Shown piece by piece: positions 41,588 through 51,699 of a DNA stretch of 64,000 bases. The notes beneath the pieces were generated by a model. That model did not search any database. It saw only the letters and a list, made by a program, of their open reading frames with translations, and was not told the DNA's origin. The position numbers were made by a program, and so were the translations under genes. This stretch comes from a virus. Taxonomy: Duplodnaviria; Caudoviricetes. The DNA lies in the IMG/VR virus record IMGVR_UViG_3300032135_000005, positions 1 to 64,000 of that record; one strand, 5' to 3'. Within the stretch, counting starts at the first letter, position 1. Each line of letters begins with the position of its first letter.

Positions 41588-42736
41588 TTAGTCCTCTACT
41601 TCCATTGATTGGGCTCCAAAGATAGTTGGGAATACAAGTTTACCTTTCTTGCTGTCACTTTTTGTAGTAATGCTTTTAGAACTATTACTACTGGTGACCC
41701 CTTTATCACTGAACCTACTCAATTTTTTTCTTCTTGTTTTCGTTAGATCTGACGTTATTTCTTTAGTCAAATCCTCTTTATTATAATTCACGAAATCAAG
41801 GAATGCAATGTTCATACGCCTATCTTCGTTGGCCATATTTTCCTGCATCTGTGTTTTTCCTGTTCTTGGTCTTACTTTAAATAAGTAATCTTTGAACGCT
41901 GCTCTTCTTTTGTCGTCTAAATCGAACCCTGCTATAGACTTCGCTGAATCTATAGTAGCTTTGAGCTCTACAATTTCTTCATTTGCTTTCTTATCTGCAA
42001 TAGCTCTAGCTTTAGTATCCTTTTCTTCTTTAGCCGCTTTAGCTGCTGTTTGAGATTTTACTAGTGCTTCTCTTGCGACTTCAGCTTTCTTATCCAGTTT
42101 TCCTGTTGTCTTTACATCTTCTATTTCTTCAAGTGCATCTTCTTCGCTCATACCTTGATTTAAGTAAAACTGCTTTAAGGTTGTTTCCTTACTCGCATCA
42201 TCATCTAGGTTTACATCGTCCCAGTTGATTGGTGCATTCAACTTAAACTCTTGTGGATCATTACCACTCATTACGTGCGCGTAATATTGTTGCACTGATT
42301 CAGGAATCGCCGCTAACTCTTCGGCAACGTTTTTACGAACTGCTGCTGCCGTAGCATCTGCTAACCCTGATGGTGTAACGTCAAAGTCATCACCTTCTGC
42401 AGGTTCTGGTAGAATTCCCTCATCAATTAATAAATTGTAAGCTCGTTCTATCTCTGCTTCACTATACTCAATCTTTTCCGGTGCACCCTCCTCCTCCTTT
42501 TCTTTAGGATCAGGTTTCCCTTTAGAACTTTCTTCTTTTTCTTGCTCTTCGGTCTCTACTTCTACCTCACTAGTTTCAACATCTGCACTAGATGTATCGT
42601 CATCGTCGATTTCTGTTTTAACCTTCTCTTTTTTGTCGGGCTCTGCAGGAACTTTAGTTTTTGCTTCTGAACTTTCGTCTTTAGCAGTTACGTGACCTAC
42701 ATTTATATCTCCCCAAATACTCGGAAATTTTGTCAT
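41588..42736 (-). CDS. Acidic scaffold-like head assembly protein
   Basis: Very Glu/Asp-rich N-terminus, coiled-coil C-terminus, located between portal and MCP. Confidence 0.6.
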   Translation of the reverse strand: MTKFPSIWGDINVGHVTAKDESSEAKTKVPAEPDKKEKVKTEIDDDDTSSADVETSEVEVETEEQEKEESSKGKPDPKEKEEEGAPEKIEYSEAEIERAYNLLIDEGILPEPAEGDDFDVTPSGLADATAAAVRKNVAEELAAIPESVQQYYAHVMSGNDPQEFKLNAPINWDDVNLDDDASKETTLKQFYLNQGMSEEDALEEIEDVKTTGKLDKKAEVAREALVKSQTAAKAAKEEKDTKARAIADKKANEEIVELKATIDSAKSIAGFDLDDKRRAAFKDYLFKVRPRTGKTQMQENMANEDRRMNIAFLDFVNYNKEDLTKEITSDLTKTRRKKLSRFSDKGVTSSNSSKSITTKSDSKKGKLVFPTIFGAQSMEVED

Positions 42737-42758
42737 AAAAATATGTTTGTTGTTATTA

Positions 42759-42790
42759 CAAATGTACTACAAAATTATAACTCAAAACAA
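42759..42790 (-). promoter_or_regulatory. Bacteroidota sigma-A type promoter
   Basis: TACATTTG (-7 consensus TAnnTTTG) at 42766..42759, with TTG about 21 nt upstream; precedes the scaffold/MCP genes. Confidence 0.55.
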
Positions 42791-42847
42791 CTTTTGTTAT
42801 AACTTTTTTATACATAACTCATATAGAGCTATTTAGATATAGATTTT

Positions 42848-43114
42848 CTACTTCTTTTCATTTTTTTCTTCCTTCTCTTTCTCTATCTTAACGATAGGAC
42901 CACTCACTAGAATGTCTTTTGGACTAACCTTATCTTGGCTGACTTCCCACATATCTGGCTGTCGAAGTTCTTTAACTTTTAATTTAACAGTTAATTCTAC
43001 TACTTCTCCTATAGATACATCTTTAAGAAAAGGAAAATCTTTACTACTTAAGTGAAGGCGGCCATAATTTTTTTCCGGCTTAGGCATTGCTGATACTTTT
43101 TGTTCTAGTTTCAT
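42848..43114 (-). CDS. Small hypothetical protein
   Basis: 88-aa ORF overlapping the portal stop codon (ATGA coupling). Confidence 0.55.
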   Translation of the reverse strand: MKLEQKVSAMPKPEKNYGRLHLSSKDFPFLKDVSIGEVVELTVKLKVKELRQPDMWEVSQDKVSPKDILVSGPIVKIEKEKEEKNEKK

Positions 43115-45561
43115 TTTGAACTGGTTTTAGGTACTGGTTTATTGGCTACCTTTTCTTTTATATCTAGCTCTCTTTGAGCCTCGGCAGCACGATTATCTTC
43201 TTTTTCCTCGTCTAAAGTTTGAGCCTTAGCATCTAAGGACACTCCAGCAAATTTAGTAGCGGCATCAACTTCACCGTCTCCGGCATCAGTTTGTATTTGA
43301 GAACCGATTTCCATTTTCTTAAGAAGAATAGCATTTCTAATTTGATCATCACTAAGTTCTTTCTCAAGAGAACGGTCAAGTTCTTTATCTTTTCTAGCTA
43401 CTTCGTCTCTTGCAGCCTGAGCTTCATTGGCAGCTTTACTATCAGCTTGAGCTCTTTCATTAGCTGTTCTATCTCCTTCTTCCAAAGTAGATATAGTGTA
43501 ATTCATAGAATCTGATCTCAAAGATTTTGCAACATCTAATAGAGATGCTTTCCCTTGATTCACTGCAGCAGTAAGCAAACCTTCCATCTTATCTCGTCTC
43601 TCTCTATCTTCATAAGAGTTAGAAACAAAACAACCCATCTGAGAACCATTCAGTTTATCTCCATCAATCCTAAGGGTTTCAACTTCAAACTCATCCAGAA
43701 CTAATTCCATCTCAGCTCCATCTATATATGCAATCTTAGCTAGTTCTAATAATTCATTAAGAACTGCTTCCTTACATAAATCATGAAAGTAGAACCAAGG
43801 TTTAGTAACATTGGTACTTCTTGAGATAGAAGTCTGAGCTCCCGTGGCTGTTTCAGAAGCTTTGATATCTCCCATTCTCTGTGGAGATACTCCCATAATA
43901 TCTTCTACTAAATATTCTAATTTTTCAAGAATCTCCATATATTGCCCAACGACTTGAGATAATGTCATATCAATTGATTGGAACTGATTGAACTGTGCCT
44001 GTGAACTAGGATCTCCTTTTCTACCTTCCTCCGTAGAATTAATCCACACTACACCTAAGTTATCAAAATAGTACATCCATTTATCAACGTCCCACCCCAT
44101 GCTTGAAGGGAGTTGAGCCATATCCATTATGAACTTTTTACCTTTTGCTTTAGCGAGTTCTTGCTCTAATCTCCACCACACAACAATGTAAGTATATTGA
44201 TGAGCTTTCACTAAATCTACCATTGAGGTAGCAATGGAGTTTACGTTATTGTATACATAACCTACATAAGGTAAGTTCCCAGTTTGATTATGTTTAGGTC
44301 TGACATTTATAAAAATATCTGTTCCGATGAGTGTGCCTTCCCAGATATCGTGGTCCCAGTGCCAGGATAGTTGTGCACCAAGAGCATCTAACTCATCAGT
44401 CATTTTAAAAGAATCGTCTACTTCTACTTCTTCCCACTTACCTGTTCTTTTATCAGGATACCCTAAGATTCCTACTTTAGCCCAAGACCTCCAAGCACAT
44501 TGCATTACGTATACGTGAGTACCAACCCCATTTACCCATTGAGATCTTCTTTGGCCACCATCATAAGAATATGCAAATCCTTGTTGCATTCCACCTTGCA
44601 TATAAGAGTGACCGGCTTTTCCTTCAGATATTAATTTAACCTGAGCATCTGTAAGAACATCTCCATACATAGATATTATCTCTCCAATAGGTAACCAATA
44701 TTCTTCTCGAACCCAATTCCCTTCGTGGATAAATGTAGTATTAGCTCCTTTATCATAATCTACTTGTAGAGGATTTACAGGTCTTACAGAAGGATGTCCC
44801 ATTATAATTCCTGTGTAATAAATCTCTTCGGCAGATACTAACGCGTGAAACCAACCCAAGTTAAATTTCAGTGCGAGCTTATCATTCTTCTTAAGATACT
44901 TTAATATTTTATTGTTTGTTTGTTCAGTAGGGTCTGTATAGATAGAATTAAACCGCTTCATCTCAGCCTGAATATCAGGCATATTGTTACGTTGTTCTTG
45001 CAACTTCTGCATTTGTTGTTGCATTTGTTGCATTTGCTGTTGATCCTGCATTGTTTGCATTTGCTCCTGCAGTTGATTCATTTGCTCTTCTAGCTTAGTA
45101 ACAGCTTCGTCTAATTGAAACTCCATACGAATTTGAGCTTTCATCAAATCCTTCAGCATATCTTTTCTCTTTTGTTTCTTTGCAGATACAGCTTCACCTG
45201 AAATAGCGTACACAAAAAAGTTTAAAGATGCATTCATCTCCTCTCCTCTTAGAGTTTCTAACCTAGAACGTATAATATTGTAGTTTTGCATTTTGGTAGG
45301 AGTTCCACCAAAAGATTTCATATCTAATCCATAAGGATTTAAAACATGCTCGAAGTCATCTTCTCTATATTTAGAGTTCACCAAGTCGTAGTTCTCTTCT
45401 TTGTTTTCTCTAGTTGATCTCCCCATATCATCTATTCCGGAAGACATTCCTTTAATCGCTAATACACAATTACGTCCCCACTTTGGACCCTTCTTAGCTG
45501 ATTTAATATGCTGAGGTGGCATACTAGAGGGCGTTTGATTTTGTAGAACTACTTCACTCAT
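43111..45561 (-). CDS. Portal protein
   Basis: 816 aa. NYNIIRSRLETLRGEE, SMVDLVKAHQYTY, FNQFQSIDMT and GVSPQRMG motifs; follows terL. Confidence 0.88.
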   Translation of the reverse strand: MSEVVLQNQTPSSMPPQHIKSAKKGPKWGRNCVLAIKGMSSGIDDMGRSTRENKEENYDLVNSKYREDDFEHVLNPYGLDMKSFGGTPTKMQNYNIIRSRLETLRGEEMNASLNFFVYAISGEAVSAKKQKRKDMLKDLMKAQIRMEFQLDEAVTKLEEQMNQLQEQMQTMQDQQQMQQMQQQMQKLQEQRNNMPDIQAEMKRFNSIYTDPTEQTNNKILKYLKKNDKLALKFNLGWFHALVSAEEIYYTGIIMGHPSVRPVNPLQVDYDKGANTTFIHEGNWVREEYWLPIGEIISMYGDVLTDAQVKLISEGKAGHSYMQGGMQQGFAYSYDGGQRRSQWVNGVGTHVYVMQCAWRSWAKVGILGYPDKRTGKWEEVEVDDSFKMTDELDALGAQLSWHWDHDIWEGTLIGTDIFINVRPKHNQTGNLPYVGYVYNNVNSIATSMVDLVKAHQYTYIVVWWRLEQELAKAKGKKFIMDMAQLPSSMGWDVDKWMYYFDNLGVVWINSTEEGRKGDPSSQAQFNQFQSIDMTLSQVVGQYMEILEKLEYLVEDIMGVSPQRMGDIKASETATGAQTSISRSTNVTKPWFYFHDLCKEAVLNELLELAKIAYIDGAEMELVLDEFEVETLRIDGDKLNGSQMGCFVSNSYEDRERRDKMEGLLTAAVNQGKASLLDVAKSLRSDSMNYTISTLEEGDRTANERAQADSKAANEAQAARDEVARKDKELDRSLEKELSDDQIRNAILLKKMEIGSQIQTDAGDGEVDAATKFAGVSLDAKAQTLDEEKEDNRAAEAQRELDIKEKVANKPVPKTSSK

Positions 45562-45575
45562 GATACAGGTTTTTA

Positions 45576-48500
45576 CTATCGTTTCATATTTGATGTAAAT
45601 AACTTACGAGAAAAGAAGTCTTTTCTTGGCGTAGCATCTACGTCTTCATCTTCCTCCTCCTCTGGTCTACCAGCGTCAATAATTATATTACGCATTTGTA
45701 TTAATTGGATGATTGCTAACATCAAAGCAATTACCCTATCAAAGTTACCGTCAACATTATACGAGATTAACTCGTCTAGCAAAGGTATACTTTTTATCGT
45801 ATGTAATTGTAATTTTCCATCGCCAATTGGTGTAAGTAACCATTCACGTAGATAAATTTCACATTCATTCTTAACTTGAGTCGGCATGTGTTGCCCGTAA
45901 ACTCTAGTTCTAGCAGTCTTAGAAGTTTCATTTGCTTTCAATACTCCAGGAGTATACGCAAGTAAATCTATAGAATACATTTTCTTAAAGTATTCTTTGA
46001 TGTGCTGCTTCTCATTTTCATACAAACAACTAGCATCTCCGTACCATCTCAGCATTCTTCTGACTTGCTCGTAAAAGTCTGAAGCTAATCCGGGTCTTCC
46101 AGTATACTCTGCTACTATTCTATCAAAGCCTCCATTAAGTGGAGTAGCTCTTTTGATAATTATTACAGAACCTAAAGATACTGAGTTAGGAGCAATATCA
46201 AAATCATAAGGGTCATTTCCTGCTACGTACCATCCATATTCTGCACGCTCGTCAGGTCGTTCCCAAATAACAACAGCTCCTGTGTTATCATCAGTAATCT
46301 TAACAGGATAACTTGCAGGTTTATAATTATCAGGATCTACATTGAAGTAAGGTTTGTAGTCCTCATCAAGAAGCATCCATCCGTCTAATCCTGTGATAGA
46401 AGGGTCATTGCCCATTGCTAACAATTGATCTTTATGTTCCTTCAAGTCAGTGGTAGGAAGAATAGAATTGTTTGTAAGTAAGAACACTTCAGAGTGCACA
46501 AGAGGTCTTTGTACAATCTCATCCTCGTAAGCTTGTTTCTTTTTAACATTCTTCTTGAGGCGTTCCCTAGTTTTATGTAAATATTTTAATGCAGCTCTCC
46601 AGTTAGTATTACCTAGCTCATCTTTGAACTGATTCAGGGTCATCCACGCAGGTACAAAGAATCCTATCTTAGTTTGGTAACCTTCAAATTCATCATCGAA
46701 CTGTAAACAATCGAATGCCGCCGGAGAATAGAATACTTGCTTCACAGCTTCTGTAGCTCCACCCGTCATATCTCCACCAGTACCGCACATCCAGATAGTA
46801 CCTTGTTTTACAGTACCATCAGCTGCAGCTTCTTTCATTTGTCCTAGAACTTCTATAAGGTTCACCATAAATCCTACTTCATCAATAGTAGCCCAGTTAG
46901 GACGCGTACCGTTGGCAGCAACGTGGTTATCATTAAAAGATCTGTGTTGTATAAGAGAAGCAGAACCTTTACGTTCCCACTGTCCTCCTATCTTGATATC
47001 GTATCCTGCAGTAATAGTATTGTGAGTAACCACATAGTCTCCACATAAGAATAATTTTGATTCATTGTCTACAGATAAACAATAAGAGTCCTCTATTATA
47101 GTAGGTTCTATATTTACAATAGCTACTGAAGTCCTACTAGTTTTACTCGTACTACTTCTAGTAGGAAGTATTCTACTTTTCTTCCTACTTAATTTGAATA
47201 CAATTTCTTCTGTATTAATAAATAATCTATAAGATTTACTGTATTTTTTAATCCCTTTATACTTCCAAGACGTTGTACGTTTCCGTAAATTTACTCTAAT
47301 GCCTAGAGAGTGACACAAGAGTTCTACCCCCTTAATAAGAGTTTTATTTTTATTAGAAAATTCTATAGTACCATCAATACCTATAGAACCGTCAGAATCT
47401 AGCAGACCTTGCAGTAAATCTTTTCTTTGTTCATAAGACCCATAGAAATATTCCTCTGGTATGTGTTTATTTTGAATAAGATTAAGCGTTTGAAGTCCTG
47501 TTCTAATAGAATTTCCCCTTATTGAACCATCTCCTACAACAAAATAATGAGGACACTTCCCTTCTATTATCTCCGCTCGAAGAGTTAGATTTTTGTATAA
47601 ACAAAGTTGTTTTAAATATTCTACAATCTCGGTATCTACAGTAGAAATAGAAGGACCTCTAGAACTCCCATCTCCTAACCATAATCCTAAAAAGTAAGGT
47701 TCTAATGTAAATTGTTTTGGAGAATACTCTAATGATTTAGTCAAAGGAAGCCTGTACATATAATCAGTCCTAGATCCTCTAATATTTACATACTTAGATT
47801 TGTAAATATCTATTAAAGACATTACTTTATTTTTACCTGCTTTAATAACCTCCCATTGATGATCTGCACCGCAATATACTACTCTACCATCTTGAAGTGT
47901 AACTTTATATTGTAATTTATCTGTAAAGGAAAATTTATTGCATACTTTAGTAAGAATACCAGAATCATCATAAATTTTATCCCCTATAGAAATATCTTTA
48001 ATTTCTTTTACACCGTCAACAGTAAAAATCTTAGTATCCCATCTTAAATCTTTACCCGTGTCCCAAGAACCTGAGTATTTCTTAAAGAATGGAGATGGGT
48101 ATACGTCATCTCCTATAACCATTTTTCCTGGTAGGTTATTAAAGCCCAGTTTTATTTTTCCTATTAAATCGTTAGAGTATTTACTATCAATAGCACCTAC
48201 TAAAGTTTCGGAAGTCATAGGTTCATCTGCCGCCTTACTTTCTAGATACTCATCATAATCTAAAGCTCCGTCAAATATGAAATTATGTCCTAGAGTTGCA
48301 GCAGCAAAGTAAGACTTTCCACCTCCTCTGGCTTCCATATCAGCCATATTGAAGTTCATATTATAGTACATCGCCTTACCCATAGGTTTCTTGAAGTATC
48401 TTCTTAAATATTCTCTAGCTGGTACATAAGTTTTAAACGTACCATCTGGTTTAGTTACAGCGTCCCGTATTAAATCAGGATTGTTGTACTCCATAAGTAA

Positions 48501-48926
48501 ATCCTCAAACTCATCAGGATCTTTATTAGGATCCACTTCATTTAAGATATTATGACAACTAATCTCATCATCCATCTCGAAACCAGAGAAGCCTTTAACT
48601 TCAGATGTTAAGGCTGCTTTGATCCATTCGAGGTCTCTTAAAAAAGGTGTTTGTGTTTTCTTGATTTTAGTCTTAGCTCCTTTTGGATTAAGTTTAATCT
48701 TCCAAAAGTTTACGAACCAATAGAGTGGGCCAGATACCCATTTATAATCTCCATTATGCTGTACCCAATACCCGTCAATACATCTACGTTTCTGAATTTT
48801 CCACCACCGTTTGTACTCTAACCCGAGAGGGTTCATACGTGGAATATCTAAAGCTACCTGTACTTTATCTACGGGTATTCGATTCTTATACAGAATCCAC
48901 ATATTATCATGTACTGGTAGCGCCAT
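45576..48926 (-). CDS. terL: Terminase large subunit (intein-containing)
   Basis: Walker A EARGGGKSY, Walker B TIDEVG, GTGGDM motif, RNase H-like nuclease motifs AGNDPYD and GNFDRVIA. Confidence 0.92.
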   Translation of the reverse strand: MALPVHDNMWILYKNRIPVDKVQVALDIPRMNPLGLEYKRWWKIQKRRCIDGYWVQHNGDYKWVSGPLYWFVNFWKIKLNPKGAKTKIKKTQTPFLRDLEWIKAALTSEVKGFSGFEMDDEISCHNILNEVDPNKDPDEFEDLLMEYNNPDLIRDAVTKPDGTFKTYVPAREYLRRYFKKPMGKAMYYNMNFNMADMEARGGGKSYFAAATLGHNFIFDGALDYDEYLESKAADEPMTSETLVGAIDSKYSNDLIGKIKLGFNNLPGKMVIGDDVYPSPFFKKYSGSWDTGKDLRWDTKIFTVDGVKEIKDISIGDKIYDDSGILTKVCNKFSFTDKLQYKVTLQDGRVVYCGADHQWEVIKAGKNKVMSLIDIYKSKYVNIRGSRTDYMYRLPLTKSLEYSPKQFTLEPYFLGLWLGDGSSRGPSISTVDTEIVEYLKQLCLYKNLTLRAEIIEGKCPHYFVVGDGSIRGNSIRTGLQTLNLIQNKHIPEEYFYGSYEQRKDLLQGLLDSDGSIGIDGTIEFSNKNKTLIKGVELLCHSLGIRVNLRKRTTSWKYKGIKKYSKSYRLFINTEEIVFKLSRKKSRILPTRSSTSKTSRTSVAIVNIEPTIIEDSYCLSVDNESKLFLCGDYVVTHNTITAGYDIKIGGQWERKGSASLIQHRSFNDNHVAANGTRPNWATIDEVGFMVNLIEVLGQMKEAAADGTVKQGTIWMCGTGGDMTGGATEAVKQVFYSPAAFDCLQFDDEFEGYQTKIGFFVPAWMTLNQFKDELGNTNWRAALKYLHKTRERLKKNVKKKQAYEDEIVQRPLVHSEVFLLTNNSILPTTDLKEHKDQLLAMGNDPSITGLDGWMLLDEDYKPYFNVDPDNYKPASYPVKITDDNTGAVVIWERPDERAEYGWYVAGNDPYDFDIAPNSVSLGSVIIIKRATPLNGGFDRIVAEYTGRPGLASDFYEQVRRMLRWYGDASCLYENEKQHIKEYFKKMYSIDLLAYTPGVLKANETSKTARTRVYGQHMPTQVKNECEIYLREWLLTPIGDGKLQLHTIKSIPLLDELISYNVDGNFDRVIALMLAIIQLIQMRNIIIDAGRPEEEEDEDVDATPRKDFFSRKLFTSNMKR
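47019..48050 (-). mobile_element. Intein with LAGLIDADG homing endonuclease, class 3-like (344 aa)
   Basis: Starts GK|DLRWDTKIFTVDG; block B CGADHQW; LAGLIDADG motifs LGLWLGDGS and LQGLLDSDGS; block F SYCLSVD; ends VVTHN|T. Confidence 0.88.
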
Positions 48927-48929
48927 ATA

Positions 48930-49574
48930 TTAAAACTTTTTGTCTCCGTCTGATAAACTTTCTTTACCTCCGCCTTTGGCTACACCATGTCCTTCTACAG
49001 TTTTCAGATCTTCCATAGCTCTAATAACTAAGGAATTAATCTTCTCTGTATTAGCAAACATTCTATCTAATTGATCTGCTGTTCCTTTCCTTAGTACATT
49101 CTTAGCTCCTGTTACTTCATAATAATCCATTGTGTAATCGGTGGCATTAATGAATGCAGTTCTCTGTGCAAGTTTCTTTTCAAGGATACGTAATGATAAT
49201 CCAATTGGCGTATCAATAGTTTTTTCAAACTCTGCAATATACTCAACTAAACCTAAATCAGCAAACTTTAAAAGACCTGGTTTAGATGTCATATCTTCTA
49301 GTAAGTCTGTCATTAAAGAAGCTTGACCGAAGATATTGTCTCCGGCCACTTCCCATTTATCTTTCTCAGGTTGTGCAAAGAAGGAACTTTTCCTATCATA
49401 GCATACAGTCAACAACCACATAAAATTAGAACTCGCTTCAAGATATCTAGGTCCTGCGTTCTTGTTACACTCCCAGAATACACCGAAGATTCTATTCATC
49501 TTATAGTCAGAGAACTCTTCCCAGAAATTAACTTTCTTTTCAAAGCTGTCTATTGGATGTCTTTGTAATGCCAT
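48930..49574 (-). CDS. Hypothetical protein, candidate terminase small subunit
   Basis: 214-aa helical protein immediately upstream of terL; positional inference only. Confidence 0.35.
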   Translation of the reverse strand: MALQRHPIDSFEKKVNFWEEFSDYKMNRIFGVFWECNKNAGPRYLEASSNFMWLLTVCYDRKSSFFAQPEKDKWEVAGDNIFGQASLMTDLLEDMTSKPGLLKFADLGLVEYIAEFEKTIDTPIGLSLRILEKKLAQRTAFINATDYTMDYYEVTGAKNVLRKGTADQLDRMFANTEKINSLVIRAMEDLKTVEGHGVAKGGGKESLSDGDKKF

Positions 49575-49576
49575 AT

Positions 49577-49771
49577 TTAATATGTTATTTGATCTGATAA
49601 TTCAAAATCGTAATGACTAGACTCATCCTCTCCTGAAGATACTTTATATATTACAGGAGAGTCGGGTCTAAGAAGGTATCCAGTTACAAGTCTTACTTGT
49701 TGGTATTGGTCTGTTACTAAGTATACCTTTGCTCCAAACTCAAATTTAACACTTACTTGTACTATTGCCAT
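49577..49771 (-). CDS. Small SH3-like barrel hypothetical protein
   Basis: KFEFGAKVYLVTD...VTGY pattern common in small phage proteins. Confidence 0.45.
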   Translation of the reverse strand: MAIVQVSVKFEFGAKVYLVTDQYQQVRLVTGYLLRPDSPVIYKVSSGEDESSHYDFELSDQITY

Positions 49772-49774
49772 ACT

Positions 49775-50098
49775 TTAAATATTTCCTATTCCTCTTTTTC
49801 TCAAATCAGCTACGTGATCATCCACAGCTTGTATTGCTGCTCTTCTATTCTGAAGTAATCCTCCTAGATGTTTCCATACTTCTCCAGTAGCATTTTCGCG
49901 AGAAACTTTTTCTCCTATTTCTACATCAAATAAGTCAGGGTTTACTACTCCTGCCATACCAATAATCTCATGACCATTGGTAAGTGTCATATGGCAAATC
50001 ATAATTTTCTTGCCTAGTTTTGTGTAGCTAACTGCTTCAATAGAATTCTCTACATCAACTGGAGTTACTTTGTCTCCATTAATTGTAATTTCTTCCAT
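49775..50098 (-). CDS. N4 gp49/Sf6 gp66 family protein (Acb4-like sponge candidate)
   Basis: VTP..VE..I, ICHMTLTNGHEIIG.AGVVNPD.FD.EIG.KVSRENA...VW..LG.LL match the family pattern as recalled. Confidence 0.7.
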   Translation of the reverse strand: MEEITINGDKVTPVDVENSIEAVSYTKLGKKIMICHMTLTNGHEIIGMAGVVNPDLFDVEIGEKVSRENATGEVWKHLGGLLQNRRAAIQAVDDHVADLRKRGIGNI

Positions 50099-50100
50099 AA

Positions 50101-50508
50101 CTATTTAATATAAGATAACCTCTTTTTCAAGATTATTAAATAACCTTTCATAGCACTGAGTTGCAATGTAAGAATTTCTACCTCTTTCTTCGGAACTTTT
50201 TTATCTTTCAAAGCTTTTGTCAATTTGGTATGCTTCTCCAATAATTCAGAGTACTCTAGCTTAACTCTATCTCCGAAAGATTCTGCAATCTTATAAGCTT
50301 TAACAAATACCTTTTTAGGGGACCAGGATATGTATCCTTTATGATCTGGATGATTACCATCTCCACCCTCTACGTATTCTATCAAGAACCCTTCATCTTT
50401 TCCGTTCTCATCTTCAGGTAGCTTCCAACCTCTATACTTGTTGTACTCTGCCCTAGTCATAGGACTAGCTAAAACTTCTTTTTTGCCAATAAACTTTACT
50501 GCTTTCAT
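50101..50508 (-). CDS. Two-domain conserved phage protein
   Basis: N-terminal FIGKKEV.A.PMTR.EY..YRGW...DEGFLIEY...GYISWSPK.VF..AY module plus C-terminal helical hairpin DRV..E..EL..K..KL...Q..AM..Y..IL..RL. Confidence 0.6.
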   Translation of the reverse strand: MKAVKFIGKKEVLASPMTRAEYNKYRGWKLPEDENGKDEGFLIEYVEGGDGNHPDHKGYISWSPKKVFVKAYKIAESFGDRVKLEYSELLEKHTKLTKALKDKKVPKKEVEILTLQLSAMKGYLIILKKRLSYIK

Positions 50509-50601
50509 GATATATAAATTTAAAATTAAAACATATTTAATAGGTCACTCCTATCCACTGCTTCTGCAGGATTAGATGTGAGGTAACCTTTTGATTCTAC
50601 C

Positions 50602-51426
50602 TTAAGACTGTATATCAGTTCCTCTCTTGTCTCCGGATGCGGGACCCACCAGCTCTTTGAGTTTACCGTCAGCTTTGAGTACTTCATATAATATCTCTAA
50701 TAATTTATCGTAATTAGTAACTAGCAACATTGGTATGTCCCACTTACCTTTTTTAGTTCTATAAGAGTCAGAGTAAGCAGGATGTACTGGAATACTCTTC
50801 CTTATTTTCTCCATAATATTAGCTACCTGCTTACGAGGCGCTAATTCAGTTCCATCTTTATCGTGCAAACTTACGTAATCTTTTAGTAACCTCTGAAGAG
50901 AAATAACACGTTCATCGTATTTGTTTTTCACAATATCTACAATAGCTTTACGATCCTTTAAGAACTCTATAGTATATTTATCTGTAGCTATCTTAACCTT
51001 AGCCTTCTGTTTCTCCCAAAGTTTCTTGGCATCCTCATCATCCTTAGCTACAACTTCGTCCATACCAATAGATTTTAAGTAGGCGCTCATATCTGAAGAT
51101 TTGTGTGGCCATACTGAAGTTCCGTAGTTAGCCCAGAAGTAAATAGGAGAATTCTTACAGTTGTGAAGTTCTTTCTTCCAAAACTCTACTTCAGCAAACT
51201 CCTTAGAGTAACTCTCTAAATCAATTTCTTTTCCTTTAGTATCCACAACAGCTAATGGTGCTTCGTGCCCATCAACTCCATATAACTTAGGCTTTACTCC
51301 TTCTTTAGAAGAATCCCAAAAGATAACGTTATGCATCTCGTAGATCTTTACTAGGTTGCCGATATCTAATCCTCCAGGTACCGCTTTAACATCGTATACC
51401 AATTTCATTCTTTTACTTATACCCAT
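50602..51426 (-). CDS. Hypothetical protein
   Basis: 274-aa ORF in line with its neighbours; no recognised motif. Confidence 0.55.
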   Translation of the reverse strand: MGISKRMKLVYDVKAVPGGLDIGNLVKIYEMHNVIFWDSSKEGVKPKLYGVDGHEAPLAVVDTKGKEIDLESYSKEFAEVEFWKKELHNCKNSPIYFWANYGTSVWPHKSSDMSAYLKSIGMDEVVAKDDEDAKKLWEKQKAKVKIATDKYTIEFLKDRKAIVDIVKNKYDERVISLQRLLKDYVSLHDKDGTELAPRKQVANIMEKIRKSIPVHPAYSDSYRTKKGKWDIPMLLVTNYDKLLEILYEVLKADGKLKELVGPASGDKRGTDIQS

Positions 51427-51435
51427 AATCTCTAA

Positions 51436-51699
51436 TTAGTCGAATCTTAGAGGTTCATCCTCAGATTCTGTTGTTACTTTTTTGTTTAATTTCTGTGCTT
51501 TATGTTGAGCTATCATACGCTCTCGAACCGAACGGCTCATAAAAGTCCCCACTTGCCTCAGGTAGACTGAAGTGGTTTCTTTATTCTGAATTGCTTTTCT
51601 TGCTAACGCAGTCTGACTTGAAACCACTTCGAGAATTTGCTTCTGGGGTGCTCCCAATTCCCGTGCTACCTCCTGTATAAGTTTCCCTCTATTGTCCAT
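51436..51699 (-). CDS. HU/IHF-like DNA-binding protein
   Basis: KLIQEVARELG....ILEVV.S......KAI......SVYLRQVGTF matches the HU/IHF pattern; ATG at 51699. Confidence 0.65.
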   Translation of the reverse strand: MDNRGKLIQEVARELGAPQKQILEVVSSQTALARKAIQNKETTSVYLRQVGTFMSRSVRERMIAQHKAQKLNKKVTTESEDEPLRFD

